NCBI GenBank assembly: GCA_963733055.1
Contig: CAVTBR010000001.1
Span: 160,001 to 224,000 of the forward strand
DNA length: 64,000 bases
Direction: 5' to 3'
DNA from: Candidatus Bathyarchaeota archaeon
GTDB taxonomy: Archaea > Thermoproteota > Bathyarchaeia > 40CM-2-53-6
Both the position numbers and the translations under genes were made by a program. How positions within the stretch are numbered: position 1 is the first letter of the stretch; every line of letters starts with the position of its first letter. Under the pieces are notes generated by a model. The model was not told the DNA's origin and ran no database searches. It worked only from the letters and a program-made list of their open reading frames with translations. Positions 1 through 9,264 of the stretch are shown in pieces.

Positions 1-5
1 GAAAG

Positions 6-1604
6 ATGCGGGAAGGTAAAGTTAGGAGTTCGCGGCTGGCGACCAGAGGTTACATTGCCAAAGCCTCATTGATCCTGTTGCTGATTACAATCTCTCTTCT
101 GTCAATTCCATTTTTCACTCTCAACGTTTCGGGCGATACTAACTCTCCGGCGTATGCACCGAACCGCAGTAAGTCACCCACTGATATACCGTCAGTCCCC
201 TCACCATCCGACAGAGTAGTGGTAAGGCTTGTTACGGAGGAGAAACTGGGGCAATTGGCCGATGGGGTCACATATAATTTCTGGACGTTCAATGGAACGG
301 TTCCTGGACCGCTCATTCGGTTGCGTGTGAATCAAACGGTTGAGATGCATATCATTAACCCCCCGAACAGCACTATGACGCATTCGATCGATTCTCACGC
401 AATCCTTGGCACCGGCGGTGGCAGTGCGTATTCACAAACGCCACCCGGTCAGGAATCAGTTTTCCAGTTCAAAGCCCTGAGAGTGGGGCTGTTCATGTAC
501 CACTGTGCAAGCCCTGACATTCCCACACACATAGCGGAAGGAATGTATGGAATGATTCTCGTTGAACCGCCCGGTGGTCTATCAAAGGTTGACAGGGAAT
601 TCTACATAGCCCAGGGCGAATTCTACACACTAGGGCCGTTCGGGCAGAAGGGTTTTCAAGGTTTTAGTTTTCAGAAGGCCAACGCCGAAACGCCAGATTA
701 CATTGTGTTCAACGGCAGAGTGGGTTCACTAACTGGCAACGGATCGCTCAGCGTTAACGTGGGAGAGACGGTTCGCATCTTTTTCCTCAACGCTGGACCA
801 AATCTCGATTCATCCTTTCACATCATAGGCGGAATGCTCGACAAGGTCTACGTTGAGGGATCGATTGCCTCGTCACCCTTACTGAACGTTCAGACAACCC
901 TCGTCCCGGCGGGCGGGTCTGTAATGATTGAGTTCACAGCGGAAGTAGCCTCGAAGCTCACTCTAGTTGATCATTCTCTCTTCAGAATACACCAAGGAGC
1001 GTTAGGCATCATAAATGTGGTAGGACCGGCAAATCCCGCAATAATCTCCTCGATAAAGAACGCCACAATCACCCAAACGATGAACATGAGCATGACCACA
1101 ACGGAGAACGTATCCAATACTTCGAGCGTCGGGGCGTCAAATAATACGGTGTTAATACTGAACTATGCGTACGTTCCCTTGGACTTGACTGTCCCGGCGG
1201 GAACAACTGTAACGTGGGTAAACCAAGATTCGGTTGGGCACACTGTTACAGAAGGTGATCCGAATTCGCCTAAACAGGCCTCTCTTCGAGTCTTTGATTC
1301 TTCAGGCGAAGCTGTTACGGGTAAGGTTGCGTTGATCGGGGCAGGCGAGAGTTGGAGTTATACCTTCACGACTCCAGGCACTTACGAATACTATTGCATC
1401 GTTCACCCATACATGATAGGCCACATTATCGTCGGCCCAACTTCCGGGTCGAATAGTTCGCAGGGTTCAGGTTACGGTGATCTAACCAACTTTACGATAA
1501 CATTCACTGGCAGGGATCTAGTAGGCCTAAGCGCCGTGGGAATAGTCGTGCTCGTGGCCTTGATGCTCGTCTTCGCGAGGTCGGGCAGAAAGAAGACCCG
1601 TTGA
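6..1604 (+). CDS. nirK: Copper-containing nitrite reductase with C-terminal cupredoxin domain and C-terminal membrane anchor
   Basis: N-terminal hydrophobic signal; CuNiR motifs HSIDSH, YHCASPDIPTHIAEGMYG, SSFHIIG, LVDHSL; extra plastocyanin-like domain (HTVT...YYCIVHPYM); terminal TM helix followed by RSGRKKTR. Confidence 0.9.
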   Translation: MREGKVRSSRLATRGYIAKASLILLLITISLLSIPFFTLNVSGDTNSPAYAPNRSKSPTDIPSVPSPSDRVVVRLVTEEKLGQLADGVTYNFWTFNGTVPGPLIRLRVNQTVEMHIINPPNSTMTHSIDSHAILGTGGGSAYSQTPPGQESVFQFKALRVGLFMYHCASPDIPTHIAEGMYGMILVEPPGGLSKVDREFYIAQGEFYTLGPFGQKGFQGFSFQKANAETPDYIVFNGRVGSLTGNGSLSVNVGETVRIFFLNAGPNLDSSFHIIGGMLDKVYVEGSIASSPLLNVQTTLVPAGGSVMIEFTAEVASKLTLVDHSLFRIHQGALGIINVVGPANPAIISSIKNATITQTMNMSMTTTENVSNTSSVGASNNTVLILNYAYVPLDLTVPAGTTVTWVNQDSVGHTVTEGDPNSPKQASLRVFDSSGEAVTGKVALIGAGESWSYTFTTPGTYEYYCIVHPYMIGHIIVGPTSGSNSSQGSGYGDLTNFTITFTGRDLVGLSAVGIVVLVALMLVFARSGRKKTR

Positions 1605-1682
1605 TATTCCCACTCGCGATAAGTTTTGACGGAGAAGAACCGTTTGAAACTTCAGAACGAACGCATATCACGGTCGCCTGAA

Positions 1683-2093
1683 ATGGAATCGCGGCGCAAG
1701 TTCCTTCGACGCGCGGCAGCCACCGCATTGGGGGCAGGGGTTCTGCTAGCTGGACTGGATTTAACCGGGACCTTTGCTGCCTCACACGAGGTGCGCTCCG
1801 TTGGAGCTTCGATAACGACAGGGGAGCAACCAAACACCCGAGCTCAACTCATCACTGTAACGGTCTTCTATTCCATGCTCACTCAGTTTACCTCTTTGAG
1901 CCAGGAAGTCTTTGTGTTACAGAGCCCCGCCTCGCTAAAGGACCTGATCAAAACCATCGCGATCAGACATCCATCCATGGCGCAGATGATGCAGATGATG
2001 TTGACGCTCGTGAATGGGGTTCCCACGAAGCCTAACGCATCCTTGGAAGGCGGAGATGTAGTGCAACTCATTCCATTGTCCGCGGGCGGATAG
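1683..2093 (+). CDS. MoaD/ThiS-like ubiquitin-fold protein with N-terminal Tat signal peptide
   Basis: MESRRKFLRRAA plus hydrophobic stretch; C-terminal LVNG...LEGGDVVQLIPLSAGG ending in diglycine. ATG 1683 preferred over TTG 1626. Confidence 0.8.
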   Translation: MESRRKFLRRAAATALGAGVLLAGLDLTGTFAASHEVRSVGASITTGEQPNTRAQLITVTVFYSMLTQFTSLSQEVFVLQSPASLKDLIKTIAIRHPSMAQMMQMMLTLVNGVPTKPNASLEGGDVVQLIPLSAGG

Positions 2094-2098
2094 AGTCT

Positions 2099-2275
2099 AT
2101 GCGACTACAGAAACGCAAGACGCGGAAGACCGAGGGTGAAGAATACACCAAGTACGTAGTCGTAATCCCGTCGGAACATGTAGAAGAATTGGGATGGGAA
2201 GTAGGACAAGAACTGGAACCTGAAGTCAAAGGAAAGAAACTTGTGATCTCACGAAAGGAAACGAAACAAGGCTAA
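2099..2275 (+). CDS. AbrB/MazE/SpoVT-like small DNA-binding protein (58 aa, below ORF-track cutoff)
   Basis: Manual translation MRLQKRKTRKTEGEEYTKYVVVIPSEHVEELGWEVGQELEPEVKGKKLVISRKETKQG; V-x-I-P...LGW..G..L pattern; starts 5 nt after previous stop. Confidence 0.75.
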   Translation: MRLQKRKTRKTEGEEYTKYVVVIPSEHVEELGWEVGQELEPEVKGKKLVISRKETKQG

Positions 2276-2512
2276 ACCGTTCCGCGTGGACGGATTAATC
2301 TCCCAAAACGCCTCCGAAAACTATCGGACCAATTTTGATGCCTAACCGAAAACATGAAATCCTTGGAAGCCCTCCCTTTAGTTGCTTCCGGAAATTCATC
2401 GCTAATCGGGTCACATATCAGGTGTGTTCACTCCTGCAAGACGGAGCGCCGAGGAAGGGCGCAATGATAAGAAATACCCAACCTTGACCGAGAAGAAGGA
2501 GGGAGGTAATCC

Positions 2513-2785
2513 ATGAACCAAATCGAAACGAGAATGCACATGCCGAATTTTGTTGAAGCGTTCAACGCGGGCATTCTACTTCAACTTGCAGGCGTGCGGC
2601 GTGCTAACGAATGCTCTACCTGTAGGGCCTACTTGACTAATAGTTGCCAACGATGTTCTCGATGCAGAACACCCAAGAATTCGCCCTGCCAACACTGTAA
2701 CTTTGAACTGGGCCGCCCAGATTACTCCGTTGTACCAAAAGCGACTTCAATAAGACGCCATCAAATTGGCGAGACGTACAACTAG
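2513..2785 (+). CDS. Small Cys-rich zinc-ribbon protein
   Basis: CSTC, CQRCSRC, CQHC motifs; strong purine-rich RBS (ggagggaggt) before ATG. Confidence 0.55.
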   Translation: MNQIETRMHMPNFVEAFNAGILLQLAGVRRANECSTCRAYLTNSCQRCSRCRTPKNSPCQHCNFELGRPDYSVVPKATSIRRHQIGETYN

Positions 2786-2860
2786 GTTAGACTTGAGCCG
2801 ATTCAACCGTTCGTCTAAGTAAGTTTCGCGCTCTAGCTTTCGTCCCGCCTAGCTGCCTTC

Positions 2861-3857
2861 CTAGGGTCTTGTAAATACGTTCAAATTGACGACGCTTCGC
2901 GGCCGCTGATTTTCGAGAATCCGTTTAACCTCCTCCACCGCCATAGTTTGCCGATCCCGTTGCGACTCAACGGACAGAAACCCCGTGTGAGGAGTTGTTA
3001 CAACATTATCCATCTTCATCAGCGGGTCATTCATGTCTGGGGGTTCCTTCTCGAACACATCCAACCCTGCACCTGCCACTTTGCCGGATCTTAGAGCGTC
3101 TACGAGAGCATCGTGGTCTATGACCATGCCACGGGAAGTGTTTATGATGAAAACTCCGGTTTTCATTCTTTCAAACTCTCCGCCGCGTATCATGTGGCGT
3201 GTCTCGTCGGTTAGGGGAACGTGGAATGAGATTACGTCGGAGTCATGGAGCAGTATGTCGAAGTTTACGCCTTTGACACCTAACGAAGTGTCTCGTCCCA
3301 AGGGGATGTATGGATCATACGCAATTACGTTTAATCCGAACGCTTTCGCTCTGAGAGCCACGGCAGTTCCGATTCTGCCGAGACCAATAATTCCCAGAGT
3401 CCGTCCCCTAAATCGGTAAACTGGCTCTGCTGCTTCCCAATCGTCCCATTTTCCGCTTTTCGTAATTTTGTTGAGGATGAGAATCTTTCGCGCGACAGAG
3501 AGTAGGAGGCCAATGGTGTGATCTGCAACTTCCTCTGCGCAGTAGCCTGGAACATTGGAAACGTAGATGCCTTTCCCTCCCGCTGCGATAAGGTCGATGT
3601 GGTCGAATCCCACACTCGCGGCGACGATTATCTTGCAGTTTTTCATCTCGTCGATGACGTCTGCGTTCACAATAGTGTCAGCGTCGACGATGACCGCGGG
3701 TTGCGTCGTGTAGTATTCTTCCCAGTTCCCTTCCCGTCTTTTCCTGCTCAGTTCTTACAACCGCGAGGTCGCCTAGTTGCTCTTTCGATATGCGCTCGAG
3801 CTCGGGTAGATGAACTGTACGGACTAAGTACAGAACCGGTTTTTCTTTCACCGTCAT
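2861..3857 (-). CDS. D-isomer-specific 2-hydroxyacid dehydrogenase (CtBP/SerA-like); +1 frameshift near 3698-3700
   Basis: GLGRIG, INTSRG, GLDVFEKEP, TPHTG motifs; N-terminus MTVKEKPVLYLVRT from ATG 3857 joins the tracked ORF if one base of GGG 3698-3700 is removed. Confidence 0.85.
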
Positions 3858-3866
3858 CTCACGGGA

Positions 3867-5216
3867 TCAGTGAATCGTGCTGAGGCTTTGATCTGCTATG
3901 CTAATTGCTTCGTCGATTTGTTCTTGCGTTATTGTTAGAGGTGGTGCTTGCCTTACCGCCTGACTATGCGCCGCGCACGGGTACATCAGGACGCCTCTCG
4001 AGAGGGACTCGTTGAGAAACTTCTTCGCGGCTGTGGCGTTGGGTTCACGGTCCGTGTGTGGTACGATGAATTCGAGCGCTGTCATTAAGCCGACCCCCCG
4101 AGCGTCACCAATTACTTGATACTTGCCCTTCAATTCTTTGAGTCTGCTCATCAAATACCTTCCACTTTCCTTCGCCTTCTGAAGTAAACCCTCATTTCGG
4201 ATGGTTTCTATTGTGGCGACAGAGGCAGCGCAAGATACTGGATTGCCCCCAAACGTGGTCCCATGAACCGTCGGCTCCCACCGGCTCATGAGTTCCTCAT
4301 GAGCACAGACTGCTCCGAGTGGAAACCCGGATGCGATTCCCTTGGCGATGGCCATGATGTCGGGTTGAACTCCGAAGGTTTGAGCGGCAAACCAGTCACC
4401 AGTTCGTCCGAAACCGGTCTGTACCTCGTCGAAAATCAGCAGTATATCTCTTTCAGTGCATACTTCTCTCAGACGGACCAAGAATTCTTTCGGAGGAACG
4501 ATGTACCCGCCCTCTCCCTGGACCGGCTCAACAACGATTGCCGCAACTTGGGATGGAGCAATCAACCGCTTCAAAACTGTCTCAAGCGATTCAATGGATT
4601 CCTCAACGCATTTCTCTGGTTCGTTCGGATGCGGCGAGTGGTAAACGTCGGCATATGGAACGTGGTAGATGCCCGAGACGAACGGACCAAGTTCCGTTCT
4701 GTAAATCGCTTTTGAGGCGGTGAGAGAAGCCGCACCATATGTGCGGCCATGAAAGCCGCCCATGAAAGCGATAATGCCCGGTCTCTTGGTGACATTTCGT
4801 GCGAGTTTTATCGATCCTTCCACGGCTTCCGAACCGCTGTTACCGAAGAAGAACATATCCAAATGCCCGGGAAGTACCTCAGGCAACAGAGCAGCTAGAC
4901 GTAGAACGGATTCGTGCAGTGTGACTCCGACTGCACCATGAACTTGTTTCTCCATTTGTTCACGCGCAGCCTTGATTACTGCTGGATGGTTGTGTCCGAG
5001 GTTCACGACGCCGAAGGCGGACATGAAATCAATGTACCGTTTACCGTCAAGCCCATACAAGTACAAACCTTCGGCTTTGACCACTGGAAGGTTTGGCCAA
5101 TCCTGCGCAAAGCATGGGGCCAACATCTTATCGCGGCGTTTCACGAGTTCCTCATAAGTCGGTGACTCTGGCTTCGTCGTGCGATTTTTATCGTAAGCCG
5201 CAACGCTTCGGGTCAA
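3867..5216 (-). CDS. Class III PLP aminotransferase (4-aminobutyrate/acetylornithine type)
   Basis: NSGSEAVE, FHGRT, EPVQGEGG, FDEVQTGFGRTG, AKGIASG, HGTTFGGNP. Confidence 0.92.
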   Translation of the reverse strand: MTRSVAAYDKNRTTKPESPTYEELVKRRDKMLAPCFAQDWPNLPVVKAEGLYLYGLDGKRYIDFMSAFGVVNLGHNHPAVIKAAREQMEKQVHGAVGVTLHESVLRLAALLPEVLPGHLDMFFFGNSGSEAVEGSIKLARNVTKRPGIIAFMGGFHGRTYGAASLTASKAIYRTELGPFVSGIYHVPYADVYHSPHPNEPEKCVEESIESLETVLKRLIAPSQVAAIVVEPVQGEGGYIVPPKEFLVRLREVCTERDILLIFDEVQTGFGRTGDWFAAQTFGVQPDIMAIAKGIASGFPLGAVCAHEELMSRWEPTVHGTTFGGNPVSCAASVATIETIRNEGLLQKAKESGRYLMSRLKELKGKYQVIGDARGVGLMTALEFIVPHTDREPNATAAKKFLNESLSRGVLMYPCAAHSQAVRQAPPLTITQEQIDEAISIADQSLSTIH

Positions 5217-5300
5217 GAATATGTCACGATCTCCGCATGAACCTAGCCAACTTATGAATGGTCTCCACCGCTTCTTTCGGTGAGAATAAGTACGTCCTCC

Positions 5301-6122
5301 TCAGAGGAATAAGTGAGGAGTAGAAGAATAACCCAGAACTTTCATCGCGACTAGAGTTCCAGTAATGATCACTATAATTATGATCGCCGTGTAGTCGCCA
5401 AATCTCAGCTTTGCTTCCTCAACGTAAGATCGTGTGACGGGAGATCCAAACGCCCTGCACTCGAGTGCTATCTGGAGCGTCTGCGAGAGTTTGAGCAGGT
5501 ATAGTAGTAGAGGTGTGAGGACACTCGTGTATACACTCGCTTTTTTCCAGAATGGCATTTTATCGATGTTTCGTCCCCTAAGTTTCTGCGCTTGGATGAC
5601 CCCTGTCCAGGTCTGGAAGACCAGCGGAACAAACCTAATGCCCGTCACGAAGATCATTGTGAACTGGTAAGGAACCCTCATTTTGCCGAGCGTTGCAGCT
5701 ATCTTGGTCATGGGCGTGGTCATTGTAAGTATTGGTAGCGTGAACACAACCGCAAGGACACGCATGAAAACCAATGTTCCGAATAGGAAGCCTTCCAACG
5801 TGTAAGCCGCGTAGTTGCGATTTCCTACCATCAATGTTCCTAACTGGAAAATTACTGTGCTTCCGAACCGATAGGTGAATCCCTGGAGGATGACGAAAAA
5901 GAGGTATGTTCCGACTAGTATCTTCAGGATGACGGCTATGCGTTTGATCTCTATGCCGCCTATGATCCACCATCCGAAGAGAAATAGAATCCAGAGTCCG
6001 AGCAGGACGAAATCTAGGGCAAAGAAGCTCACCACAAAGCTTGCGAGCACGAGTAGCATTTTCGTAACCGCCTGGAGATTGTGGACCGGCGTATTCTTTC
6101 GGACATATTCGATGCTCGCCAA
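5301..6122 (-). CDS. ecfT: ECF transporter transmembrane component T
   Basis: Multi-TM; IRFVP, AQKLRG and ALECRAF coupling-helix motifs; adjacent to ECF ATPase. Confidence 0.88.
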   Translation of the reverse strand: MASIEYVRKNTPVHNLQAVTKMLLVLASFVVSFFALDFVLLGLWILFLFGWWIIGGIEIKRIAVILKILVGTYLFFVILQGFTYRFGSTVIFQLGTLMVGNRNYAAYTLEGFLFGTLVFMRVLAVVFTLPILTMTTPMTKIAATLGKMRVPYQFTMIFVTGIRFVPLVFQTWTGVIQAQKLRGRNIDKMPFWKKASVYTSVLTPLLLYLLKLSQTLQIALECRAFGSPVTRSYVEEAKLRFGDYTAIIIIVIITGTLVAMKVLGYSSTPHLFL

Positions 6123-7829
6123 TTACTGTACCCCCGTGAGTGCGTGCACCATCGAATCGACGGTGAGGATTCCTTGAGGGACTCCGTTTGGTTCTAATTC
6201 CTTATCGAGAACTGCGATTGGCGGTGGTTTGATGAACGCTCTCTTTAGAGTCTCTTGCTCGGAGAATACTTTGCTTGTTGGCCCATCCAGGAGTATCTCG
6301 CCGTTGGCCATTACGACTGTTCTATCGGCATATTGGGTCACCAAGTTCATGTCGTGTGTTATCATGATGACCGTGTGGCCTTTCTCGTTCAACTTCTTTC
6401 CGAGCCGGGCAATCCTATGCCTTCCGAGATAGTCCTGTGCAGTTGTCGGTTCATCCATTACGATTATGTCTGGCCTCATGGCAATAACCGCTGCCACCGT
6501 TAGGCTTCTTCGATCGCCAAAACTCAGTCTAAATGGAAACGTGTCCCATTGCTCTTGGAGTCCGACGAAACCCAGTGCTTCGTCGACCCTTCCTTTGATT
6601 TCGTTTTCGGGAAGCTTAAGGTTTCGAAGGCCAAATTCAACCTCTTTCTTGCAGGAGATCGTGAAGAGTTGTTCATCCGGGTTTTGCAACGCGAGTCCAA
6701 TCGATGTCGCGAGTTCTCCCGTCGTGAGTCCTTGTATGTCATTCCCTTTGAAGAGGACTTTTCCTTTTGACGGCTTCAGGAGTTTGAGGAATTGTTTGAC
6801 TAAAGTCGTCTTCCCCGAACCATTTTGTCCTATTATCGCTATCATCTCTCCCCGCCGTATCGTTAGGTTCACGTTGCGGAGAGCTTGCACAGGTGGGGTA
6901 CCAGCGTAAACATATGATAGGTCAACACATTCGAGAATCGTTTCACCTTTCGGCGGTTCTACGGTTTGGGAGAGTGCACGGGAGACATGTTTCTGTTGAA
7001 GAAATTCGATTACTAGGTTCTTCCCTTCCTCGATTGTCATCGGTACGGCTCTTTCCGGTGCTAACCTGAATCCTAGCATCGGAATCTGGGGAACTTGGAC
7101 GCCCACAGAATCTAGCAATTTGACTTTGCTGAAAACTTCTCTAGGGGTTCCTTCAGCAACGATTTCTCCTTTGCTTAGCGCGATCGAACGGTCGGCGGTT
7201 CTAAGAACTTCTTCAGAGGCGTGCGTTGTCAAGAGGATGGTCATGTTGTACTTTTCTTTCAGTTGAACCAGGGCATCCAGAACCTCACCCGTTCCAATCG
7301 GGTCAAGCTGGGACGTGGGTTCGTCGAGCACAAGCAATTCTGGTTCCATGCTGAGACCAGCTGCGAGAACGAGCCTCTGTTTTTGTCCTCCTGAAAGTTC
7401 CGAGGGGGAACGCGATTCAAGTCCCGTTAGGCCGACTGCATCAAGGGCCCATTTGGCCCTTCGCAGGATTTCTTCTCTGGGTACGCCCAGGTTCTCCGGA
7501 CCGAAGGCGACTTCCATCAGGACATCGGGGTTGATCAATTGCCCCTCAGGGTCTTGCGTTACGAAACTAATCTTCTGAGCCAGTTCGTAGACTGGGTGCT
7601 CGTAAACATTCATTCCCGCGACGATAGCGCTTCCTTCCGTCGTTCCTTGGTAGATGTTCGGGATGATACCCGTCAGATGATGGCAGAGGGTTGTCTTGCC
7701 CGCTCCGTTTGCACCCAGTACCGCAATGATTTCGCCCTTAGTGACCTTGAAGCTGATATTCTTTAGCGCTTTAGCGCCGTCGGGATAAGAAAACGAAAGA
7801 TTCTGAACGTCGACGATCACATCGTCCAT
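6123..7829 (-). CDS. ecfA: ECF transporter ATPase, two fused ABC domains
   Basis: GANGAGKT/LSGGQ/LDEPT and GQNGSGKT/LSFGD/MDEPT; QDPEGQ and QNPDEQ Q-helix motifs. Confidence 0.92.
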   Translation of the reverse strand: MDDVIVDVQNLSFSYPDGAKALKNISFKVTKGEIIAVLGANGAGKTTLCHHLTGIIPNIYQGTTEGSAIVAGMNVYEHPVYELAQKISFVTQDPEGQLINPDVLMEVAFGPENLGVPREEILRRAKWALDAVGLTGLESRSPSELSGGQKQRLVLAAGLSMEPELLVLDEPTSQLDPIGTGEVLDALVQLKEKYNMTILLTTHASEEVLRTADRSIALSKGEIVAEGTPREVFSKVKLLDSVGVQVPQIPMLGFRLAPERAVPMTIEEGKNLVIEFLQQKHVSRALSQTVEPPKGETILECVDLSYVYAGTPPVQALRNVNLTIRRGEMIAIIGQNGSGKTTLVKQFLKLLKPSKGKVLFKGNDIQGLTTGELATSIGLALQNPDEQLFTISCKKEVEFGLRNLKLPENEIKGRVDEALGFVGLQEQWDTFPFRLSFGDRRSLTVAAVIAMRPDIIVMDEPTTAQDYLGRHRIARLGKKLNEKGHTVIMITHDMNLVTQYADRTVVMANGEILLDGPTSKVFSEQETLKRAFIKPPPIAVLDKELEPNGVPQGILTVDSMVHALTGVQ

Positions 7830-7901
7830 ACATCACACCACAATATTTGAAATCGTCATAACTCGCCAGAAAAAAGAGGGGAGAAGCCTAGAAAGACGCG
7901 T

Positions 7902-8693
7902 TCACCAGATGACGTCCGGTGGTTTCGCCATTCCGCTTCTTCTTAGAGCTTCAGTGATTGGCACTGCAATCAGGGTCATCAGTACTGCGAAGAGTGGCAT
8001 GTACCACGTGTAGATTCCCCAAGCCATGAGGTAGAGTAACGCGGACGGGTATGCGAATAGTATCCAATATAGCCAGTAGGATGGGGAAATATACCACGCG
8101 TTCATTGCCATCCATGTTCCTATGAAGAGTGCGATTGTTCTTTGCCTTGGGCTAGCGCTCCTGGCCCAATCGTAGATGTATTTCGTGCCGATTGGCGAGA
8201 GAAGTAGGATTATGGGAAGAAGCCAGTAGTACAGGGTAGCAAGGAAGTACGAGCTCGTCGAAATTGGAGCCCATCCTCCACTGACACCTGGGTAGAAGTA
8301 TAGCGCTATGAAGAAAGTTGCTGTCATGAGAATCTGCCAGCCTAGAAAGATCCACTTTGTCTTTGTCTTCTTCATGTTGAATGCTAACGCCACGAAGATA
8401 GCAGGTAACATGACTACGAGTGTGGCGTCAATGATACCTAGCGGAAAGGCTGGTGGTGCGATGAACATGCCGATGATTCCTCCCACGACTGCAGCCGCGA
8501 TCCCTCCAACAGGGCCAAGAAGTAAGGGTGCAATTCCTGCAAGTACAGTTGCCAACGGCCAGAATCCTCCACCCCCAGCGTACGGTAGAACCGGTACAAG
8601 GGACGTAACCCCAATCAAGGCACCGTAAACGGCCACCCACGCGATTGGAGTCCCGAATATGTACAATCGGCCCTTAGCTTTGGATTGCGTCAA
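7902..8693 (-). CDS. Probable ECF substrate-binding (S) component
   Basis: Very hydrophobic; LLGPVGGIAAAVVGGIIG motif; directly upstream of ecfA/ecfT. Confidence 0.7.
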   Translation of the reverse strand: MTQSKAKGRLYIFGTPIAWVAVYGALIGVTSLVPVLPYAGGGGFWPLATVLAGIAPLLLGPVGGIAAAVVGGIIGMFIAPPAFPLGIIDATLVVMLPAIFVALAFNMKKTKTKWIFLGWQILMTATFFIALYFYPGVSGGWAPISTSSYFLATLYYWLLPIILLLSPIGTKYIYDWARSASPRQRTIALFIGTWMAMNAWYISPSYWLYWILFAYPSALLYLMAWGIYTWYMPLFAVLMTLIAVPITEALRRSGMAKPPDVIW

Positions 8694-8705
8694 TTACACG
8701 ACACC

Positions 8706-8978
8706 TTAACCTTTGACGGCGAAGGATACACCGGATAGCAATAGACCGGCTACGATTAAGCCGGCAGCGAACTCCCAGAATGGCGCAAAGAGACCCAGAG
8801 TAGGATCGGCGGGCCCCCAGAACCAAGCTACGGCTCCACTGTGAGTAGTCCACCAAGCGGGTGATCGTATCATTCGGTTGGCAGCATCTTCAAGATATGG
8901 GACGATGAAGGTGATCACACCAACGAGAAATACTGCGACACCTGAGTATAGCAAGAGGTTTTTTGTAGTTTTAGACAA
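8706..8978 (-). CDS. Small two-TM membrane protein heading the ECF operon
   Basis: Two hydrophobic helices; 12 nt from S-component start. Confidence 0.6.
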   Translation of the reverse strand: MSKTTKNLLLYSGVAVFLVGVITFIVPYLEDAANRMIRSPAWWTTHSGAVAWFWGPADPTLGLFAPFWEFAAGLIVAGLLLSGVSFAVKG

Positions 8979-9264
8979 TTTTCATCGGCGCGCTAGCCTC
9001 GATTAGCGTTCAAAAGCATTGCCCGTGGGAACCAAGCTTGTTCACGAAGCATGTCGTACGATCCAGCCGTGGAGATTATTCCACTTAAGGTAGGTGCACT
9101 GGCAATGTTGAACTGATCAACCACGGCGTACCAGAGATGAGCCAAAAGAATTCAAACGACTTTCGTGGGAAAATTCCCAAAAGTGTGGAGCCACCGAAGA
9201 CATTATGGAAGGGGTCTCGGCAGTCCACTGAATTAGAAGGTCAACTAGCGAGGTAATCGCGTAA

